From Heptranchias perlo (taxonomy: Eukaryota), in contig NC_090345.1 of assembly GCF_035084215.1 (NCBI RefSeq), positions 26,102,001 to 26,166,000 on the forward strand: a DNA stretch of 64,000 bases, given 5' to 3'. The position numbers and the translations under genes are program-made. Below, piece by piece: positions 1 to 9,700 of this stretch (position 1 is its first letter; each line of letters starts with the position of its first letter). The notes under the pieces are model-generated. The model did no database searches and was not told the origin of the DNA. It saw only the letters and a list, made by a program, of their open reading frames with translations.

Positions 1-98
1 ATGTTCCAGAAATTCTTTATCAATCCTTCATCCCTGATTCAACAACAGTAAGTCGAGCTAACTTTTGTAACATCAGCAACTCTATCATCTACACAAAC

Positions 99-260
99 TT
101 TTTTTTCATTATTCATTCTCAGGATGTGGGCGTTGCTGGCATTGGCGGCATTTATTGCCCATCCCTAGTCACCCTTGAGTAGGTGGTGATAGGCCTTTTT
201 GCTTGACTAGCTGCAGTCCGTGTGGTGAAGGTGCTCCCACAATGCTGTTAGGTAGGGAGT
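99..260 (-). mobile_element. 3' fragment of the tRNA-headed LINE family
   Basis: Reverse complement of the 3' end seen at 15000-15154, with poly-T at 99-106. Confidence 0.75.
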
Positions 261-626
261 ATAATTGTAGAATGTCTATTTGGTTATCTAAAAAGTGAAA
301 CACTGAAGCACTTGAGATTAAAATCGAAAACCATTTCAGGAGTGGAATTTTCCTGTCTGTTGTTCCACATAGGATGGCTGAGTGGAATGATGAGTAATAT
401 GTCGATGGAATTCAACCTTTTTAACTAACAAAATTAAGTTAGAAGCACACCTGAGAACACATGTACATATCAACTTGTTGTCCTGAAAGAACAAGCAATC
501 TGAATATTATTTACATTTGTAATATTATCTCATTTTATTTGTGGATATTTAATAAGTGAAGGGTAATGTCTCACATATAAATTAAAGATATTAGAAACTG
601 TTCGCACAGTTTAATAACCCACTTAC

Positions 627-723
627 CTTCTCTGATAGCCTTTTTACCCAAACATAACTTCACAGCAGCAACTGCTCTGGGACTGGTAAATATCAGACCA
701 CCATAAGCTTCAGGGTGTGAAAG
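627..723 (-). CDS. UROS: UROS third coding exon
   Basis: tag|CTTTCA...GAAG|gtaagt, 97 nt, [12 protein letters not shown] motif. Confidence 0.93.
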
Positions 724-3034
724 CTACATGCAGATTAGGATGAAATTCAGTTACTGCAGAATTAATTGCCTACAATAAACATTTTGGATGGCAGTGATCG
801 CCTTTACAATCATGAATCAATCCCTGCATTACAGCACATTCCACAAAACCATTATTTTCACAGTAATAATATTTTCATGGGCTGCCTGTTGAAAATATTT
901 CTACTGCAAAAATAACCAGGTGTATAATACATTTATATGTACAAAACACAGAAAATACAACTCGATTGTCTATTACAACATGTTGGTATAAAAATTCTAC
1001 CATGAATTTCACTGTGTTATTTGAACCAAGTATTATTCAAACTATTCAGGCTACCATTGTTATAAAAATCTCAAATTCCATCAAGCTTCATCAACAGTAT
1101 TTTCAGCACTGAATCGCACTTGCCTCTTATACAATTTATAAAGTTAATATCTCTCTTTGGATACTGATGTACAATGATTCTGTAAAAAAGAGTTGTCCAA
1201 AAGAAATTGCTGACTAGCCACAGGTGTGGCTACGGCGACACCATTTTAACCATGTGCACTAACTTTAGTAGTGGCCTCATATTGGCTCTGATATTTATGG
1301 GGAGGCGGCGAGGGTGCGGGGAGCAACCCAGCGAGGCGGGGAATGCAGAGGTCCTGCCAAATTTAACAGCGGGACCTCGTTATCATTTATTCTTCCCCGC
1401 CCGGCAGCCGGCCAAATTGATAGCCTATGTGGCTGCAGAGCGAAGAAAACAGCAGCAGGAGAATGCGGCTGTGGACCCTTGAGGACAGTCCCTGGCAATT
1501 GGGAGGGAGGGGGTCGGCCAGGATCGCAGCAATGAGAGAGGCATTGGGCCTTTTTTGTTTGGTGGGGGGGGGGGTGGGGAGGTCAGCGATTGCGGCAAAA
1601 GGGAGAGAGAGGCCATGATTGCTGTGGTGAGGCTGACGGCTTCCTTGAGGGGCTGGGGGAAGCACTCCTGCTCCTCCTGGCACACATGGAGTGCTGTAAA
1701 AGGCACATACCATCTTGGGGCCGGCAGCCCCCGCCTCTCTTTCACTGCCGAGTTTCCCGAACCCTGGGAAACCCACGCAGCAACTGTAAAATTTAAATTG
1801 GGCTCCCAGTTTCACTGTGGGAACCCGACTTAAATATGTTAATGAAGTGTCCTGCCTTTCCACAACGGGACACTCGGACCAACCGCTGTAAAAACGGCAA
1901 CGAGCGCATATTCGGCGGTTTGGGGACACATTCTCTGGGGTTAATATCGAGGCCATTATATGAATAAACATACAATTGTTCTCCAAAACAGTAGGCTCTA
2001 AAGAACCATAAGTCAACAAAAGTTCATCAGTTATGGAGCAATTAATTTCAGGAATACTACAGTTGTAATAAATTGGAATATTGTACAATAGGTAACATTA
2101 TAACATTTTAGAATTACTTCAGGATTAACTTCAGCTTCTATTTGGTCTCATATTTATAATAAATGTTATTATTGAAAAATAAAAATTTATGCAACTTTAT
2201 CCTTTTGAAAAAAGTGATGCAAAGGTATGGATTTAATAAACTGCAACTATAAATGTTTCTGAGTTTCTTACAGTTTTCTCTCAATAGGTTTTATTTAATC
2301 GTCTTGATTTGCCAGTTTTTCTGCTCTTTTGCATAAAACATCTATTTCCAGTGCCAATTAAAATATAATTCTGATCCTTTTCAAATTTATAATCCCCAAT
2401 ACAAAATTTTGCAAGTTATCAGTGCGTCAACTTCTGTACTTACTGTGCTATAATTTGGATGTCTTAGTGGACATACACTAGCTCTTCTCAGAATCTGACA
2501 ACTAATACATTATAGCTGATAACTTTTAAACATTCAATTTTTCATTGCCCTCTTTACCTTCCTTGATAAGTCTTGAAGTGATACAAATTCAAATGATAAA
2601 ACAGGAATTAAAGTTGCTTGAAGGTCAAGTGAAGCAAATTCCTGATAACAAAAATAGTCCAAATTAGATTACATCACAAAATTCTCATTTCTTTTCATAT
2701 GCAATTAGACCTGTAGCTGATTCAAGTACAATCTTCCACTGAAAATGCCCACTCCAAAATCACATTAAATACATGGAGGCTAATTGCGATATTTTATGGC
2801 AAGATAATCTTAACAAGAAACTAACCTACAACAATGAAATCTATTACATTGAATAAATAACCATTCTATAATAGCAGTTTCAGTGTTTCAGTTAGTTGGC
2901 ACAATACACAAACACAACTGGGACATACTGATATAAAATAACATCAAAATCAATGCTTTCAGGCCACTCACCTGAACATATGGATCAAGTCCCAATTCTC
3001 CTTCTTTGGGATCTTTAAGTAAAAGGACTTTCAT
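627..3034 (-). CDS. UROS: Uroporphyrinogen-III synthase, 5' part; coding exons 3034-2972, 2641-2558, 723-627; continues beyond left edge
   Basis: Spliced translation [81 protein letters not shown] matches the vertebrate UROS N-terminus; GT-AG boundaries, exon sizes 63/84/97; head-to-head with BCCIP as in human. Confidence 0.95.
1271..1956. mobile_element. Probable non-autonomous DNA transposon (MITE-like)
   Basis: GC-rich block in AT-rich intron bounded by imperfect inverted termini GTGGCCTCATATT / AATATCGAGGCCAT, TA on each side; no credible ORF. Confidence 0.4.
2558..2641 (-). CDS. UROS: UROS second coding exon
   Basis: tcag|GAATTT...AAG|gtaaag, 84 nt, [11 protein letters not shown] motif. 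Confidence 0.93.
2972..3034 (-). CDS. UROS: UROS first coding exon ([21 protein letters not shown])
   Basis: ATG at 3034, donor CAG|GTGAGT, likely acceptor near 3057. Confidence 0.93.
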
Positions 3035-3059
3035 TTCTCACACTTAATCAGTATTCCTA

Positions 3060-3580
3060 CTATCAACAGAATGGAATTACAAATAACTAAACTGCTTGGA
3101 GCACAACTGAAACTAACAGACCCATATTTCATTATAACAAGATAACAGCATGTCAAATAGTTAGGCGTCAATGTCTTCTTTTGTAACAATGCCCTCTATT
3201 AAGGAATGGATAACATTATCTAAAGGTCTCACTCAAATTCAAGACTTTCACTGCAGTCAGTGAACCACCCATTTCAACAAATGTCTTCTATGATAAGCCT
3301 TTATTGTTGAGGCCAACAGGTCAGTTAGTGCCTGTCTGAATCTCTCTTTCTAGAAAATGTTGCTTCAGATACTCAGTGGGGTGACTGTCTATCATTGCTG
3401 AAAAAGTAAATGTTTGAAGAAATAATTGCACAGTACATGTGTGTATCTTAGAATCATATTATTAAAATAGAGCACTTGATACTTCGGTTAGACGAATGCA
3501 GTTCAAAAACTTTTAAAAAGTTTAACTTTTACGGTATCATTATCAAAGGAGTGTAGCTGTGATAGTTCCTTTATCATTCA
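3060..3580 (-). promoter_or_regulatory. Candidate erythroid-specific UROS promoter (GATA cluster)
   Basis: 8 WGATAR sites in about 520 bp plus CACCC boxes directly upstream of the first coding exon. Confidence 0.55.
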
Positions 3581-3619
3581 AAAAAACTTTTTTTGGCAAA
3601 TCTTATGCTGCAAAAGTCA

Positions 3620-3802
3620 GTTGTTCATGGCTAATTTTTCATTTCCCTAGCCAGGAGTGCTGAGGCCATTTGTAGCACATTCAGTCCTATCTTGACTGAG
3701 ATCAGCTAATTCAGCACAGACTGGAGATTGAATCCTGAATTTCTCTCATCTGTATTGCTGCACTACATTATGCAATGCATTTACTCACTGAGCTACTGGG
3801 GG
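3620..3802 (-). mobile_element. Ancient tRNA-derived SINE (AmnSINE2-like)
   Basis: Minus strand TAGCTCAGTGAGTAAA...GGATTCAATC...TGTGCTGAATTAGCTGATCTCAG...GGCCTCAGCAC; related copies at 44520-44670 and 58260-58460; family name from recall. Confidence 0.55.
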
Positions 3803-5379
3803 CTCAAGTTTGTATATAAAGAATTGGCAACAACATCTCAGGGTTGAGAAACCACTTTACCTCATCAATATCATTTCAACTCCTAAAGCTTTAATGTACT
3901 GAAACAACATTGGAGACTGTGCTTCCTAGTCTATATTTTTTTCTCTAATCAGTTAGATGAATTGGTATTGGACAATCCAGACTAGCCAAACTCTTGTCAG
4001 TTTAAGTTTAATTGTTAAAAAGATAAATTTAGAAGTGAAATATGCTTTTTTATGAATACATTTCCTAATGTTGCACAGCACTGAATGCACTATCCACAGG
4101 AACAAAGAACAAAACAAAACTCTGACAATCTCTTCCAATTCTTTCCAGTTGGGCTTCCATTTGGGTGTTATTCAGGTTGTGTGTTATTAGGTCATTAGTA
4201 TGTTGACCCCAACTGATTTTACAGATTAAACTTCATTCAATATCTCAGCCCATATTGGGCTTGACATTGAGAGCTTGGCAGAGGGATGCAGGAAATCACG
4301 TGTAATTAGCCCATAAAAGACCACTCACTGTGTATGCTTTTTCTGTGTATCTATTTACATCTGTATCTGTTGTCACTCTCTTCAAATACAATATATCTTG
4401 AGTTTATGTCCTTCATCAGTGTTTTTATTTATTTCTCACTCAACACCTAATGCATACCGTATTTCTATGTGCTTGGTAGTGCAATGCCAGATGCCCACAT
4501 TACTGGGTTCAGAGGCGACTGTGCATTCAATTTGCCTTGCAGGTGCGGCCAACAACCACAAATCATGTTGGTAGCCTACGTACAAAACATGCGCAATGCT
4601 CACTAAGCTCCTAAAGAGTGCAAACTCATTAAGATCCCACATTTTCTTCAAATTAAGGGCCGCCCCATAATGTGACTGCAGTATTTTTAAGCAAGCTCCA
4701 GTCATTAAGTACTCATTTGGTGCAGGCATGTCAGGGAAGATGGTGCTGCGGGAGGGGGGGGGGGGCGGCGGCGGGGATATATTTTACAGCCTAGTGGCAA
4801 TGTTTGGGCAGTCATCAGCCCTTCATTGGCTGATGGTGGCTAACATTCCAGCTGCCACCCAGCTCCTTCCTGACTGATGTTCCCAATATACTGCTTGCCA
4901 TATGCCTGGAGTGCCACTAAAATATTTAAATAAACTAACCTTGCATTATGGTGTGAGATCAGTTCATTTTGGTTTAGGTTCATGGAGCAGCAATAATGCC
5001 AGGACCACAGTATTGGCCCCATGTCTTTGTTGATTATTCATAGTGTGTATATCTATCCATGTCTATCACACAAGGCCCTTTTACATTACTTTAATACCAT
5101 TGACTCCCGATGGGCAGGATTCTAATTTGCTCTAGCAAATATAAACTTGCTGGTTCTATTTAGCCAATGATAGTACAGACCCACATTATCCTGGCTCACC
5201 AGTGTCACTAGTACTCTAAGAACTCTTGTTTGTCTTGTATATGTGCTGAAGGACTATTGAACCAGTCCAGTTCACTGTCTAAACATGTAGAAGTGATGCA
5301 TGTAGGTCACTGTCTGATTGATTAAGATCCTGAAAGACAAAATCCACTCTGTGTATTCATATCTATGTTTCTGGTGCTC

Positions 5380-6320
5380 ATTCACAGTACGTCTCTGTGC
5401 CGCTCAATGTAGGTATCTCTCACTCCTAAGCGTTTCTATATCTTTGTCTGTTTCATACAAAGTGTGTATATGTATTCACATCAGTCAGAGGATTTCTTAC
5501 TTTGTGTGTGTCTCAGTTACTCACTCAAAGTATTCCATCTCGGTGTCACTTTATGTGTAATTGTCATTCACTATTTCTTTGTCATTCTGTATGCACCTGT
5601 CATTCAGTATGTAGCTGTCACTGTTTCTATCACTCTGTATGTATTTGTGAGTTACACTGTTTCTGTATCTCTTTACACATGTCACTCATGGTTTATGTGG
5701 CTCTATATGTAGCTGACACTCACACTGTTTCTGTGTCCTTATGTTGCTCTATGTATTGGACACTCACTCAGTATGTACCTCTCATTCACTCTATGTCCCT
5801 GTGTCATTCTGCATGTATTTGTTTCTGTGTCAGTGTGCATTTCACTCACATTTTGTTCCTACATCACTCTGTCACATATTTTTGTCATTCTGTATATACC
5901 TGTCACTCACATTATTTTCATTACTATATGTACCTGTCACTCATTGCTTCTGTGTCCCTGTATGTTTATCACTCACTGTCCCAGTACTCTGCATGTATCT
6001 GACACTCATTGTTTATGTGTCATTCTATATATTTATATTTGTCACTCACTATCCCTATCACTCTATATGTGTGTCACTTATTGTTTGTGTCATTCTATAT
6101 GTTTGTCACTTGCTGTCCCTGTCACTATGTATGTCATTTATTGTTTCTTTGTCACTATCCTCTGTACGTACCTGTCACTCATTGTTTGTGTTATTTTATG
6201 TTTGTCACTCACTGTCCCTGTCACTCTATTTGTACCTCTCACTCACTGTGTCATTCTATGTTGTCACTCACTGTCCCTGTCACTCACACATTTTGTATGT
6301 TTCTCACTCACTCACTGACA
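5380..6320. repeat. Degenerate tandem/low-complexity repeat (TGTCACTCA and TGTGTCATTCTATAT units)
   Basis: Recurrent short units; produces spurious Cys/His/Leu-rich ORFs in all plus frames. Confidence 0.85.
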
Positions 6321-6329
6321 GCAGGCCCC

Positions 6330-6620
6330 TACCACCAATGACGTTACCGGAGTGCAGTAACTCGCTGGTTCTGTTGGGGGTCTAAGTTCGCAGATGATGG
6401 GCTGCTCCAAATCGTCATTGGGCCAAGCGGAAGAATAGATCAGTCACTAGTAGTCAGGAGCCCGTTCGCATAATACAGTATAAAAGATAATTTTCAGAAG
6501 AAACAAGACTGGTCAAGGACACGTCAACAGATTAGCAGCTGTAATTTCTCGCTCCCTAAATGGTAGGCTCCGGGACAGTGTACTTCCGCTGACAGCGCGC
6601 GCAGGAAGATGGCGTCCTTC
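6330..6620. promoter_or_regulatory. CpG-rich bidirectional promoter UROS/BCCIP
   Basis: Local CpG enrichment, ETS cores (CGGAAG near 6428, CTTCCG near 6583), GCGCGCGC NRF1-like run, YY1-type AAGATGGCG over the BCCIP ATG; possible minus-strand donor CCG|GTAACG at 6347 for a non-coding UROS exon 1. Confidence 0.7.
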
Positions 6621-6725
6621 ACGAAGCGACGGGTGTTGGAGCCGCGACGTGATGAGTCGAAAGAGAGCGAGTCGGGGGAAGAGTCCGAAGAAAGCAGCGG
6701 GGAATCGGATGAAGAAATGCACGAG
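6609..6725 (+). CDS. BCCIP: BCCIP exon 1 (acidic N-terminus)
   Basis: AAGATGG start context, donor GAG|GTGAGG. Confidence 0.93.
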
Positions 6726-9700
6726 GTGAGGAGCTAACTGGAGCCGCTCAACCGCCGCCTCACGTGGGGCCGCAGATCGAACTCTAAAGCAGCTCGAGCG
6801 CAGTGGCTTCGAGACTCCGGAACCACGTGGCTAGAAGCGCGAGGTACGGTGCAGAGAGGTACACGTAGAATGCAGACAGATATACACATACTGTGGGTGG
6901 GAGGGATATACGTATACATATACGGGAGTGAGTGAGTGGGAGAGAAATGTATACACACGGGGGGAGGTACGGACGGGAGTGGGTGGGGAAAGAGATATAT
7001 TCACACGAGAGGGGGGTGGGCAGAGAAGAGGGGGGAGGGAGAGGCGGACAAGGGGACGTGTTGTGACGCAGAACATTATGTATGGAGAGGGCTTTGCCAG
7101 GATCATATATATATATATATGTGCATAGAGGGAGAGGGAACCCTGCCCACCTGCAAAATAGCAGCTCTATCCGCTTGGCTCTAAATGCGATCAAGGCAGT
7201 GTCCTAGGCCCAACCATCTTCAACTGCTTCATCAACGACCTTCCCTCCTTCATAAGGTCAGAAATATGGACGTTTGCTGATGATTGCACAGTGTTCAGTT
7301 CCATTCACAACCCCTCAGATAATGAAGCACTTTGTGCCTGCATGCAGCAAGACCTAGACTGATAAGTGGCAAGTAACATTCGCACCAGACAAGTGCCAGG
7401 CAATGACCATCTCTAACAAAAGAGAGTCTAACCACTTCCTCTTGACATTCAACGGCATTACCACCGCCGAATCCTCCACCATCAACATCCTGGGGGGTCA
7501 CCATTGACGAAAAACTTAACTGGACCAGCCACATAAATACTGTGGCTACAAGAGCAGGTCAGAGGCTTGGTATTCTGTGGCGAGTGACTCACCTCCTGAC
7601 TCCCCAAAGCTTTTCCACCATCTACAAGGCACAAGTCAGGAGTGTGATGGAATACTCTCCACTTACGAGTGCATCTCCAACAACACTCAAGAAGTACGAC
7701 ACCATCCAGGACAAAGCAGCCCGCTTGATTGGCACCCCATCCACCACCCTAAACATTCACTCCCTTCACCACCGGCGCACCGTGGCTGCAGTGTGTGCCA
7801 TTTACAGGATGCACTGCAGCAACTCGCCAAGGCTTCTTCGACAGCACCTCCCAAACCTGTGACCTCTGCCATCTAGAAGGACAAGGGCAGTAGGCACATG
7901 GGAGCAACACTACCTGCACGTTCTCCTCTAAGTCACACATCATCCTGACTTGGAAATATATCGCCGTTCCTTCATTGTCCCTTCCTAACAGCACTGTGGG
8001 AGAACCTTCACCACACGGACTGCAGCAGTTCAAGAAGGCAGCTCACCACCTTCTCAAGGGCAATTAGGGATGGTAAATAAATGCTGGTGTTGCCAGCGAC
8101 GCCCACATCCCATGAACAAATATATTAAAAAATGTGACCAGGATTTGACTGTTTCCCGTCAGCTCACTCATAACAACTGAGTCTCATTCAACTGGAGACT
8201 CCATCATTGTTTGTTATTTATAACAATGAGTGTGCTGCCAGGCATTATATCAGGGTGTCCAAACTATGGCCCGGGGTTCATTCCCAACCTTTGAGGCCTG
8301 GCAGTTTGGCCCAAGAAGCTTAGGTAACTTGTATATGTGCTTAAAGTTCTTATTCACTGGTTTTGTGGGTCTGGAAATTTGGAAAGGGTTGTCCTTAGCA
8401 CCGTGACCTCATTGTTTGATAAATTCTAAATCAAAACACCCGTTAGTATCGGCAGTTTGAGATGCATGCATATTAATGGAAACATTAATTCAAACTTTAT
8501 ACGTGGCCCACAAAGGCACAAAGCATTTTTGCTTTGCATGGCTTTTTCTGATAAACTATTTATTGCAATGAATATGACTGTGGCTTGCAGTGATTGGTGT
8601 CATCAGCAATACACATTTACAAATATTTCTATTCCACAGGAGGTGCAAGTAGATTTTGAAGCACATACTATATCTGACAATGATTATAATGGAATCAAGA
8701 AACTGCTACAACAGGTAACTTGGAATATCTGAAAATATTATAAAGTAGAAAGTTTTTGGGTGGCTAAGTTAATGTATACTTACCACAGTTGTAATGATGC
8801 ACTCTATTATCTTTTTATTTGCAGTTATTTCTTAAGGCCAGTATAAACACCGCTGAACTAGCTGGTATCATTATACAGCAGAATCATGTTGGAAGTGTTA
8901 TTCGGGTAAGGTAACTGGTTACAAAATAAGTTCTTAAATTCTATGACAATGTACCAGATCAGAACTGAGGGAAAGAATAATGCTTGTGTTTAACAAAACA
9001 CTACTGTTGTTTTTGATCTTCATCAGCATCGCTGGAATAGGTTGATGAACTCGGACAGAGTTGAAGTTGACTTTCAGATAAATTTAACCTAATCAAAATT
9101 AAGTTTTACAGTTTTTTTTATAAACTTACATGATAGCAATAACGCTGCAAAGTGAAGGAGCTGTGCACATTTACTGTTGAGAAACACTTTGGGGAGAGAG
9201 CATTCTGTACTTGCATAAATTTGGTTTGAAAAATACAAAGAACATTCACGTTTAGGGATCTCTGTGTAACTAAAAATATTTTTCTGACATAATACATAAT
9301 TTACTTAGAAGCAACATTTCACTGAGTGAAAAATGTACCACAGCTGATTTAGCAATAACATTTTCCTTGAGCAAAACAATTATTCATCCACTGTGTAAAA
9401 TCCATTGGCATCAATACAAGTAGAGCATTCCCTGGTATTTTTTTTTCTAGGAGTACAATTTGCTAGTTACAGAATTTTCTCTTGTGGCCTCAGTGTTTCA
9501 TACCATTAATATGATTTCATCAATACAAGTAAGAGACCTGTTGAAAGATAGAGCAGTTATATTATGAGCAGATGACATTTGTTTAGTGTCACTACGATGA
9601 CTTCCTCAAACACCAGCAATGGATCTATATTATTTGTAGTCCTGTTTCAAAGCCGTAATGTAACAGAGTTTAGGCTGCATAGCAAGCAGATGCTGTTTAG

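Noticed and set aside
1207-2088. Cluster of ORFs including 233 aa on minus
   Set aside because: Lie in a GC-rich MITE-like insertion in a UROS intron; no recognisable domain
5318-6385. Long overlapping Cys/His-rich ORFs (166-214 aa)
   Set aside because: Products of a stop-poor low-complexity repeat open in all plus frames; no zinc-finger spacing or splice context
6513-6722. Antisense ORF over BCCIP exon 1 (likewise 44024-44491 and 42194-42499 over DHX32 exons)
   Set aside because: Shadow frames opposite real coding exons
8251-8320. CAGGGTGTCCAAACT, resembling a hAT terminus (also GGTTGAGAACCACT near 3842)
   Set aside because: No matching second terminus or 8 bp TSD found
8995-9060. CTGATGA-like motifs suggesting another hammerhead
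   Set aside because: No stem II followed by GAAA, and no stem I pairing
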